The position numbers were made by a program, and so were the translations under genes. A DNA stretch of 64,000 nucleotides from Bacteroidales bacterium (GTDB taxonomy: Bacteria > Bacteroidota > Bacteroidia > Bacteroidales > UBA1402). Where the stretch lies: positions 28,868 to 92,867 of the forward strand of contig JAZQNO010000007.1 of assembly GCA_045627385.1 (NCBI GenBank). Reading direction: 5' to 3'. The notes beneath the pieces are model-generated. The model had not been told where the DNA came from, searched no databases, and saw only the letters and a program-made list of their open reading frames with translations. Of the stretch, positions 54,000 to 61,518 are shown piece after piece. Within the stretch, counting starts at the first letter, position 1; each line of letters begins with the position of its first letter.

Positions 54000-54995
54000 T
54001 CAGCGCTTGATTTCGAGGACGTCTTCCTTAGCGTTCGGAGCCCAGGCGCCGTCTTTGGCCGTGAAGGTGATGGCCAGTTTGTGCACCTCAACCGTGTGCC
54101 AGCAGCCCTTCTTCACATTGATGCCATAGATGCCCGAATCGCCACCCATCTGGTAGCGTTCCGTCTCCTTGCCTTCGTCGTTGTAGAGCACCACATCCAT
54201 CTTGCCTTTGAGCAGCAGAATGGTTTCGTTGGAATTCTGATGGCGGTGGACCACCAGTTTGCTGCCCGGCAGCCACACGTTCAGCATGCGCTGCGAATCG
54301 TCGGTCTCGCTGTTGCGCAAATCGTAATTCATACGCAGACGCGGAGCGTCGTGAGCTTCCTTCTGAAGCTGTTCGAACAGATTGTCATCGATCAGCACCT
54401 GCTTGTCGAGGAACGAAGTGTCCAGACCGTTGAACAGGTCGAACATCTGTTCGCGCACCTCTTCGATGCCGCCACATTCGCCCTGAACCTCGTAATACTT
54501 GTCATCGGCCTTGTAATACTCGATGAGCGGTTCGGTCTTCTTATGATAAGTGGCGATGCGGTTGGTGATAGTCTCGTCGTTGGCATCGTCGGCGCGGCCT
54601 TCGATAGCAGCACGGTGTTTCAGACGTTCGCGAATGGTCTCGTCGGAAATCATGATGGAAATCACGGCATTGACCTTTTCGCCCGAGCTCTCCAGCATAC
54701 GGTCCAAATCCTTGGCCTGACGGATGGTTCTGGGGAAACCGTCGAGCAGGAAACCGGCCACGTTGCGGGTGGTGCGGAAAAGATGCTCAATCATACCTTC
54801 CACCACGTAGTCTGGCACCAGATTGCCCTGTTCGATGAGATTCCTGGCCATCAGACCCAGCTCGGTGCCTTCGGCGATTTCATTGCGCAGCAATTCGCCC
54901 GTGCTGACGTGTTTCAGATTGTATTTTTGAGCGATGGCTCCGGCCTGAGTGCCCTTTCCTGCTCCAGGAGGGCCGAACAAGATGTAATATTTCAT
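54000..54995 (-). CDS. adk: adenylate kinase fused to a WbuC-like cupin domain
   Basis: The N-terminal roughly 190 aa read MKYYILFGPPGAGKGTQ...GFLLDGFPRT...GRADD (Adk P-loop, NMP-binding and LID signatures). The C-terminal roughly 130 aa read RMNYDLRNS...VVHRHQNSNETILLLKGKMDVVLYND...CWHTVEV, which is cupin/WbuC-like. It is a single uninterrupted frame. Start trimmed to ATG 54995. Confidence 0.8.
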   Translation of the reverse strand: MKYYILFGPPGAGKGTQAGAIAQKYNLKHVSTGELLRNEIAEGTELGLMARNLIEQGNLVPDYVVEGMIEHLFRTTRNVAGFLLDGFPRTIRQAKDLDRMLESSGEKVNAVISIMISDETIRERLKHRAAIEGRADDANDETITNRIATYHKKTEPLIEYYKADDKYYEVQGECGGIEEVREQMFDLFNGLDTSFLDKQVLIDDNLFEQLQKEAHDAPRLRMNYDLRNSETDDSQRMLNVWLPGSKLVVHRHQNSNETILLLKGKMDVVLYNDEGKETERYQMGGDSGIYGINVKKGCWHTVEVHKLAITFTAKDGAWAPNAKEDVLEIKR

Positions 54996-55031
54996 TATCG
55001 GATAGGTTTGTAAAAAATCGCGCAAAGGTAA

Positions 55032-56273
55032 TCAATTTCTGCGAATGCTCAAGCGGATGGCCTGCGGATGCCGGGCACAGAAACGCTCGGAATCGTCAAC
55101 CACCAGCGCCAGATAGCCTCCGCCGCCGGCACCGGAAAGTTTCCAGGCCAGCACACCCTCCTGCTTCGACCAGGCGTCGATGTCGGGTTGGAGAGAGAAC
55201 TTCTCACTTGATCCGGAAGCGGTGACGGTCGGAGTGACCATTCCCGGGAACATGGCCGTCTGTGCCTCGAAAGAGGCCCGATAAGCGGCGGCAAAACCCT
55301 CCAGATCTTTGGCCAGAATGGCCGTCCAGCAGTCATCGGCCGCCTTGGCCAGCCGACCCACCTTTTCTGGAGTGATGTCTTTGCCTTCGACCACCGAGCA
55401 GCCCGGACGGCGCGGTTCCAGAGGAATCAGCGCCAGATGCTGCTCCAACCAGAAAAGTACCGAATCTTCGCGACAGATTTCAATGCGCGAAGGCCAGAAA
55501 TGATTGTCGTAATAATGGCGGCAAAGCCCTGGCACACAAATGCCTATGGCATCCTGAGCACCCGAGATGAAACCGTCGCGATGCTCCGGATCATTCTCGA
55601 AACAGAACACCAGACGGGCCAGGGTTTCGGGGTCCATTTTGGGCAGACGCAGCGGCCAGATGCGCTTGATGCTGTTGCGTGTGGAAGTGGACAGACCGCA
55701 GAAATTGCGGATTTCGAACGTCGGCTCCAAACTCACGGTCAGCGCCCAACCCGGACAGTGCTGACTCACATAGGGCTGGTCGATCCAAGTACCGGCCAGA
55801 TCCAGACGGGTCGGGATTTCACAGGTTTCCGGAGCGTCCGAAGCCGCCTTCTCTCCGGCGATGGCCTTCTTCAGGCCCGAACTCGAGCGCGCTTCCAAAC
55901 CCTCGTGAGGCTTGCGCTCCAGCACCACATATTCCATTCCGCGTTCCTCGCATAGACGCTTCTTGTCATCGTTTCCTCCTTCGGCATTCACCACCAGAAT
56001 ATCCGGCTTTATCAGATCCAGCGTCGGCAGAAAATCCATTACGCCGCTGCCTTGGTTGATATAGGCCTCCTTGACATAGCGGATGGCCTTCACCATGAAC
56101 AGACGCTCCTGCTCGGGGAACATCGGCTTGTGGTGCTTGTACCCCTCAATGGTCTTGTCGGAACCGATGCCCACATACAAGTCGCCATAGGCGGCAGCCT
56201 GCTTGAAAAACTCGACGTGTCCGCTGTGAAGCAGGTCGTAACAACCGCTCACAAAGACTTTCTTATTTTCCAT
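55032..56273 (-). CDS. cytidylyltransferase-fold nucleotidyltransferase fused to a GHMP-family sugar kinase
   Basis: The N-terminus has VFVSGCYDLLHSGHVEFF (HxGH) and RYVKEA (TagD / RfaE-domain-II-like). The C-terminus has IPTRLDLAGTWIDQP, ISGAQDAIG and KLSGAGGGGYLALVV (GHMP motifs I and III). Motif II is degenerate (CGLSTSTRNS). Confidence 0.75.
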   Translation of the reverse strand: MENKKVFVSGCYDLLHSGHVEFFKQAAAYGDLYVGIGSDKTIEGYKHHKPMFPEQERLFMVKAIRYVKEAYINQGSGVMDFLPTLDLIKPDILVVNAEGGNDDKKRLCEERGMEYVVLERKPHEGLEARSSSGLKKAIAGEKAASDAPETCEIPTRLDLAGTWIDQPYVSQHCPGWALTVSLEPTFEIRNFCGLSTSTRNSIKRIWPLRLPKMDPETLARLVFCFENDPEHRDGFISGAQDAIGICVPGLCRHYYDNHFWPSRIEICREDSVLFWLEQHLALIPLEPRRPGCSVVEGKDITPEKVGRLAKAADDCWTAILAKDLEGFAAAYRASFEAQTAMFPGMVTPTVTASGSSEKFSLQPDIDAWSKQEGVLAWKLSGAGGGGYLALVVDDSERFCARHPQAIRLSIRRN

Positions 56274-56282
56274 AGCGACGGC

Positions 56283-56738
56283 CTACAAAAAGTTGGACAG
56301 CGGCACCTGTTTCATCTCCACCACGCGAGCCTTTCCCAACTTGCCGATTTTCACCGTAGCCTTCACATCGGCCGTATAGTCGGCAGGCTTGAGAGAGAAA
56401 TTGCGCAACAGGCTCAGCAGCACCGAATAGGACGAAAGATGGCCGTGTCCGGTCACCACGATGTCGCTGGTATTCTTGGGAATGAACAAGTCATCGGCCG
56501 TGCCGATAATGAACATCTCACCGCCCTTGTTGTAGATGATACCGCTGATATCGGTAATGTGGATGCCCTTGCGGGAATTGGTCACATTGACCTTTACCTT
56601 ACCGTCCACACTGGAGAAACTCGTGGGGAGCACCGACTCGATGGACCAGTCGTTGACCGTGATGCCTTTCGGACCGGCATACACGTTGACAGCCAACAGG
56701 GCCGCCAACAGGAAAGTGAAAAATCTGAACGATTTCAT
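56283..56738 (-). CDS. small secreted protein, LEA14/beta-sandwich-like, function unknown
   Basis: Signal peptide MKSFRFFTFLLAALLAVNVYA, 151 aa, tightly packed between rfbB and the fusion gene. Confidence 0.55.
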   Translation of the reverse strand: MKSFRFFTFLLAALLAVNVYAGPKGITVNDWSIESVLPTSFSSVDGKVKVNVTNSRKGIHITDISGIIYNKGGEMFIIGTADDLFIPKNTSDIVVTGHGHLSSYSVLLSLLRNFSLKPADYTADVKATVKIGKLGKARVVEMKQVPLSNFL

Positions 56739-56750
56739 ATTCTGAAATTT

Positions 56751-57887
56751 TTATCTGTTTCCGTACATTTTCTCGTAATAGTTCTGGTAATCGCCGCTGG
56801 TCACGTTGTCCAGCCAGTCCTGATGGTCGAGATACCATTTGACCGTCAGTTCGATGCCCTCCTCAAACTGAAGCGAAGGCTCCCAGCCCAGTTCCTTCTG
56901 CAACTTGCTGGAATCGATGGCATAGCGCAGGTCGTGGCCGGCGCGGTCGGTGACATAGGTGATCAGGTCTTCGTCGGCACCCTCGGGACGGCCAAGCAGA
57001 CGGTCTACCGTGGCAATCAGCACTTTGATGATGTCGATGTTCTTCCACTCGTTAAATCCGCCGATATTGTAGGTCTCGGCTATCTTTCCGTTGTGGAAGA
57101 TGGTGTCGATGGCGCGGGCGTGGTCCACCACATACAGCCAGTCGCGCACGTTCTCGCCCTTGCCGTACACAGGCAGCGGCTTGCGGTGGCGTATATTGTT
57201 GATGAACAGCGGAATCAGTTTCTCAGGGAACTGGTAGGGGCCGTAGTTGTTGGAGCAGTTGGTCACCACCGTGGGCAGGCCGTAGGTGTCGTGGAAGGCA
57301 CGCACGAAATGGTCGCTGCTGGCCTTGGCCGCGCTGTAGGGCGAATGAGGCTGGTACTTGAGGTCCTCGGTGAAGAACTTCTCGCCATAGGCCAGATGGT
57401 GCTTGCCGCTGGACGCCTTGGTGGTGAAGGGCGGTTCGATGCCTTCGGGATGCGTCATCTGCAGGGCACCGTAGACCTCGTCCGTGGAAATGTGGTAGAA
57501 ACGCTTGCCTTCGAACTTCTCCGGCAGGCTTTCCCAGTAGAGCTTGGCGGCCTGAAGCAGCGACAGCGTGCCCATCACGTTGGTCTGCGCGAAGGTGAAG
57601 GGGTCCTTGATGCTGCGGTCCACGTGGCTTTCGGCCGCCAGATGGATGATGCCGTCGACTTTCTCTTCCTGCATCAGTTTCAGCACACCTTCGAAGTCGC
57701 AGATGTCCATCCGCACGAAGCGATAGTTGGGCGCATTCTCTATATCCTTGAGATTGGCCAGATTGCCGGCATAGGTCAGCTTGTCCAGATTGATGATGCG
57801 GTACTCGGGATACTTGTTGACGAACAGACGGACCACGTGGCTGCCAATGAATCCGGCGCCGCCGGTGATGATAATGGAGCGTTTCAT
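56751..57887 (-). CDS. rfbB: dTDP-glucose 4,6-dehydratase
   Basis: Contains IIITGGAGFIGSH, LDKLTYAGN, HLAAESHVDRS and YSAAKASSDH. Confidence 0.9.
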   Translation of the reverse strand: MKRSIIITGGAGFIGSHVVRLFVNKYPEYRIINLDKLTYAGNLANLKDIENAPNYRFVRMDICDFEGVLKLMQEEKVDGIIHLAAESHVDRSIKDPFTFAQTNVMGTLSLLQAAKLYWESLPEKFEGKRFYHISTDEVYGALQMTHPEGIEPPFTTKASSGKHHLAYGEKFFTEDLKYQPHSPYSAAKASSDHFVRAFHDTYGLPTVVTNCSNNYGPYQFPEKLIPLFINNIRHRKPLPVYGKGENVRDWLYVVDHARAIDTIFHNGKIAETYNIGGFNEWKNIDIIKVLIATVDRLLGRPEGADEDLITYVTDRAGHDLRYAIDSSKLQKELGWEPSLQFEEGIELTVKWYLDHQDWLDNVTSGDYQNYYEKMYGNR

Positions 57888-57922
57888 ATGACGATGGTTT
57901 TACATGAACGTTTGAAAGTCTG

Positions 57923-57930
57923 CAAATATA
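57923..57930 (-). promoter_or_regulatory. -7 box TATATTTG upstream of rfbB
   Basis: Exact match on the minus strand, 36 nt upstream of the ATG at 57887. Confidence 0.5.
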
Positions 57931-57977
57931 GCAAAAAGTCTGAGATTTCCTGCAATCAGGCCCAACAGGGAAAAGAA

Positions 57978-58775
57978 TCAGCCGATGGCGATTTCCACGT
58001 CCTTCATACGGGCATAAGTTTCCAGATTGCCAATGTCATAGCGTTTTCCGGGCATCCGGAAGGCCTTCATCCGCGTATGCAAACACAGATAGTGCACCAG
58101 ATTGCCCGGGGCGTCGAATCCGCAGCCGTTTTTCACCGAGTGACGGATCAGTTCCAGGTCACGGCGATGATAGATGTAGAAGGGTGGCACCACCCAGCGC
58201 GATTTGGGCTGCTGCGGCTTTTCTTCCATCGACAGCACCTGGCGGGGCCACGAGGGGACATCTTCCAGACAGACCACGCCGCAACGTCTGATGGCATCGG
58301 TCAGTTCTTCGTAACACATGACCATAGACGAATCCGCCGTGCGGAAGGCTTCCACGTAGGTGCGGAAGCTGAAGTCGAGGACATTGTCAGCCGCCATCAC
58401 CATCAGGTCGCCCGAAAAGGCCGTTTCCGACTCTTTGTCGAGCATGTCGATGGCCAGCAACAGGTCCTTGACCGCGCCGATGCGATGGTCATTGTCGACC
58501 GAGCCGTCGTCGATGATATCGACGGGCTTGCGGAAAATGTACGCGCCCTGCGGGGCCGTTTTTGCTTCGTGCGAACGTTTCCACTCTTCGAAAACGGGAG
58601 CGAACTTATGATTGGAAACGATAATATGGCGTTCGACATCTTCCAGATTGTCAATGTCTTCTATCATTCTGTCCAATATGGTGCGCTGTCCCACACGGAG
58701 CAAGGGTTTAGGAAAATTTTCGGTCAGGGGATACATACGGGTGGCATACCCGGCAGCCAATATGATATCTATCAT
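57978..58775 (-). CDS. sugar-phosphate nucleotidyltransferase (RmlA/NTP-transferase fold)
   Basis: Start trimmed to MIDIILAAGYATRMYPLTENFPKPLL (ATG 58775), giving 265 aa. The longer 403-aa ORF runs through the upxY promoter region. Confidence 0.75.
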   Translation of the reverse strand: MIDIILAAGYATRMYPLTENFPKPLLRVGQRTILDRMIEDIDNLEDVERHIIVSNHKFAPVFEEWKRSHEAKTAPQGAYIFRKPVDIIDDGSVDNDHRIGAVKDLLLAIDMLDKESETAFSGDLMVMAADNVLDFSFRTYVEAFRTADSSMVMCYEELTDAIRRCGVVCLEDVPSWPRQVLSMEEKPQQPKSRWVVPPFYIYHRRDLELIRHSVKNGCGFDAPGNLVHYLCLHTRMKAFRMPGKRYDIGNLETYARMKDVEIAIG

Positions 58776-58816
58776 GTCTGTGGATTTTTGACGTCGCGAA
58801 ATTACCGAAAAAAGCT

Positions 58817-58824
58817 TACATTTG
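58817..58824 (+). promoter_or_regulatory. -7 box TACATTTG for upxY
   Basis: Exact TAnnTTTG match 18 nt upstream of the ATG at 58842. Confidence 0.5.
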
Positions 58825-58841
58825 CACGCAATCCGACGACT

Positions 58842-59384
58842 ATGCCTGACAATACTTCTTTCCAAACCATGCAAACCGACGACAGACTGTTCTGGTTTGT
58901 CGCCTACACAAAGCCTCTGCACGAGAAGAAAGCCGCCGAATGCCTCGAAAAACTCGGCATCGACCATTATCTGGCCGTTCAGACCGTGCGCCGCAAATGG
59001 AGCGACCGCACCAAAAAAATCGGACAGTTGGTCATTCCCCACATCATTTTCATCCACACCACGCAAGCCAAAAGAATCGGAGTCATCAAGAACAACCCGC
59101 ACCTTTCCAAATATATGTGCGACCGGGGCACCTACCACCCCGTCATCGTTCCTGACCGTCAGTTGGAAGATTTCCGTTTCATGGTCCAAAACGGCAAGAG
59201 CGAGGTGAAAGTCTCACCCGCGCTGTTCAAGCCCGGCGACCAAATCGTGGTCACCCAAGGCGCTCTGAAAGGATTGGAATGTCAGCTCATCGAGGTCGAT
59301 GGCAAAAACTTTGCCGTCGTGCAGCTGTCGATGCTCGGCAGCGCCAGCGTGGAGATTTCCCTTGACAGCATCAGAAAAGCCTGA
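58842..59384 (+). CDS. upxY: UpxY-family NusG-like transcription antiterminator
   Basis: WFVAYTKPLHEKKAAECLEKLGIDHYLAVQTVRRKWSDRTKK (NGN domain) plus a KOW-like PGDQIVVTQGALKGLECQLIEV. An alternative start is at 58869. It is the real C-terminal part of the 1110-aa track ORF. Confidence 0.8.
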   Translation: MPDNTSFQTMQTDDRLFWFVAYTKPLHEKKAAECLEKLGIDHYLAVQTVRRKWSDRTKKIGQLVIPHIIFIHTTQAKRIGVIKNNPHLSKYMCDRGTYHPVIVPDRQLEDFRFMVQNGKSEVKVSPALFKPGDQIVVTQGALKGLECQLIEVDGKNFAVVQLSMLGSASVEISLDSIRKA

Positions 59385-59387
59385 GCC

Positions 59388-59840
59388 TCACTGAATGCGG
59401 CTCCAGCTGACCGTCTCGCTGAAGCCCATCAGCGAACCGCGCACCAGCAGTTTGCCGTCATCGCCGAAACTGAGGCTCACGTTGGCCTTGATGCCGCGCT
59501 GCGGATCGTAGATCTTGCCGTTTCCCCAACATTTCCTGGACGGGAGGTATTCGACGCGGTCAATCAGCACAATCCGGTCGCAAGGAACATTGCGCAAAGA
59601 CTTGTCGGGATTCTTCACATCGGTATACTTGCGGCCCTCGGCATCGGTCGAGCCGGTACACCAAAACAGCTGTGCCCGGTACTGGCCGTCGTCCAGTCTG
59701 GAAATGCGCACTTTGTAGGCATCCGAGCCTTGAACGGCCTCATAATCACCCAAAATATTGTCTGCCGCACCGTTCAGGTCGGCAGCAGAAAGGTTCACCG
59801 TCATCAGACAGGCGACAAGCGCCAGCAGCAATTGTTTCAT
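59388..59840 (-). CDS. DUF2147 domain secreted protein
   Basis: Signal peptide, NPDKSLRN, and W-x-G-KIYDPQRG...LLVRGSLMGFSETVSWSRI. Confidence 0.75.
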   Translation of the reverse strand: MKQLLLALVACLMTVNLSAADLNGAADNILGDYEAVQGSDAYKVRISRLDDGQYRAQLFWCTGSTDAEGRKYTDVKNPDKSLRNVPCDRIVLIDRVEYLPSRKCWGNGKIYDPQRGIKANVSLSFGDDGKLLVRGSLMGFSETVSWSRIQ

Positions 59841-59866
59841 TGGCGTAGTTTTTGATAAGAATGGCG

Positions 59867-59874
59867 CAAAAATA
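59867..59874 (-). promoter_or_regulatory. -7 box TATTTTTG for the DUF2147 gene
   Basis: Exact match on the minus strand, 27 nt upstream of the ATG at 59840. Confidence 0.5.
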
Positions 59875-59913
59875 AGAATTATCCGTCCACTTGCAAAGTA
59901 TATCCTTTTAATC

Positions 59914-59921
59914 TATTTTTG
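59914..59921 (+). promoter_or_regulatory. -7 box TATTTTTG for the GT2 gene
   Basis: Exact match. It overlaps the ATG at 59919, which argues for the ATG at 59931 as the real start and a near-leaderless mRNA. Confidence 0.45.
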
Positions 59922-59930
59922 CGTCCGTTT

Positions 59931-60707
59931 ATGGAAAGGCCCCTCGTATCCGTCATCACTTCGACGTACAATTCGTCGCGCTTCATCGGCGAAACCATAC
60001 GTTCCATCCAGTCGCAGACGCTGAGCGACTGGGAGATGCTCGTCACAGACGACTGCTCCACCGACGGTACGCTTGAAATACTGCAGCGTTTCGCCGCCGA
60101 AGACAGCCGCATCAAGGTTTTTTCCCTGCAGCAGAACGTAGGTGCCGGCAAGGCGCGCAACCACTCCATCGAGCAGGCCTCGGGCCGTTACATCGCCTTC
60201 TGCGACAGCGATGACCGCTGGTATCCCGAAAAGCTGGAGCGCCAGATCGGATTCATGCGCAAAAAAGACTGTGCTCTAAGCTTTTCCTCCTACACCGTCT
60301 GCGACGAAAAGGGCGAGGTCTGCGGCCTTGTGGTCGCCCGCAGCCAACTGAATTTCAGAGCCATACGCCGATACAACAAAATCGGCTGTCTGACAGCCGT
60401 CTACGACACTGAAAAAGTCGGAAAAATGCTGATGTCTCCGATGAAGAAACGCCAGGACTGGGGCCTTTGGATTTCCATCATCCGCAAGGGCGGACCCGCC
60501 TTCGGACTGCGCGAGCCGCTGGCCATCTACCGCGACCGCGACGACTCCATTTCGTACCGGAAACTTACACTGGTCAAATACAATGCCAGCGTCTATCACG
60601 ACGTGCTCGGATACGGCTGGCTCAGGTCCTATTTCTGCTTTTTCTTTATCAATTTTCCGTCCTATCTGTTAAAAAAAACACGCGATTGGCTGACCAGCCT
60701 GAAATGA
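59931..60707 (+). CDS. family 2 glycosyltransferase
   Basis: Contains VSVITSTYNSSRFIGETIRSIQSQT, VTDDCSTDGT and FCDSDD (DxD). Confidence 0.85.
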   Translation: MERPLVSVITSTYNSSRFIGETIRSIQSQTLSDWEMLVTDDCSTDGTLEILQRFAAEDSRIKVFSLQQNVGAGKARNHSIEQASGRYIAFCDSDDRWYPEKLERQIGFMRKKDCALSFSSYTVCDEKGEVCGLVVARSQLNFRAIRRYNKIGCLTAVYDTEKVGKMLMSPMKKRQDWGLWISIIRKGGPAFGLREPLAIYRDRDDSISYRKLTLVKYNASVYHDVLGYGWLRSYFCFFFINFPSYLLKKTRDWLTSLK

Positions 60708-60742
60708 TTTGCCGGAACTTTCCTCACTCCGAAAAAAATCAC

Positions 60743-60750
60743 TACCTTTG
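60743..60750 (+). promoter_or_regulatory. -7 box TACCTTTG for the sugar transferase
   Basis: Exact match 86 nt upstream of the ATG at 60836. It lies within an 18-nt block identical to the tRNA-Glu promoter. Confidence 0.5.
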
Positions 60751-60835
60751 CGCAATTTTTTTCAGGAACGTACAATAAAACGTGCGCGTCTGCGTTAGTG
60801 AGTAAAAACTCATCACCCAGTCACACCATCCGCTT

Positions 60836-61495
60836 ATGAAGGAAAGCTTTACTTCTTCAGAATACACTCCCTCCCACCCGTTTGCCGTCAGAGACGGAAT
60901 GAGTCCGTTCGGACGCATTCTCGAGCGTTGTTTCGACATGTTCCTGGCATTCGTTTCGATGATTGTCTTCTCTCCGCTGTTTGTGATTATCTTTCTGGCC
61001 ATCAAATGCAGCGGCGGTCCGGCCATCTACCGTCAGGAACGCATCGGCCGCAACGGCAAGCCCTTCTACATCTACAAATTCCGTTCGATGAAAGTCAACG
61101 CCGAACCCGCCGGCCCGGAACTCTGTCACGAAAATCTCAAAGACGACCTCCGTCTCACCAAGACCGGCCGCCTGCTGCGCGCCCACCATCTCGACGAGTT
61201 GCCTCAGCTCTGGAACGTCCTCATCGGCGACATGGCGTTTGTAGGCCCGCGCCCCGAACGCAAATTCTACATCGACCAGATCATGGCTTTGGACCCGCGT
61301 TACGAATCGCTCTATCAAGTGCGTCCGGGCGTCACTTCCAACGCCACCCTCTATAACGGTTACACAGACACGATGGAAAAAATGCTCAAACGGCTGGAAA
61401 TGGATCTCGACTACATGGAGACCCGTTCCTGCGGCAAAAACCTGAAGATTCTGACCAAGACCTTCTTGAGCATCCTCTTCGGCAGCAAATTCTGA
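60836..61495 (+). CDS. undecaprenyl-phosphate sugar phosphotransferase (bacterial sugar transferase, small WbaP/EpsL-type)
   Basis: One N-terminal TM segment. Contains YRQERIGRNGKPFYIYKFRSM, DELPQLWNVLIGDMAFVGPRP and RPGVTS. Confidence 0.85.
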   Translation: MKESFTSSEYTPSHPFAVRDGMSPFGRILERCFDMFLAFVSMIVFSPLFVIIFLAIKCSGGPAIYRQERIGRNGKPFYIYKFRSMKVNAEPAGPELCHENLKDDLRLTKTGRLLRAHHLDELPQLWNVLIGDMAFVGPRPERKFYIDQIMALDPRYESLYQVRPGVTSNATLYNGYTDTMEKMLKRLEMDLDYMETRSCGKNLKILTKTFLSILFGSKF

Positions 61496-61518
61496 CTCAA
61501 CTTCAAACATAAACACCT

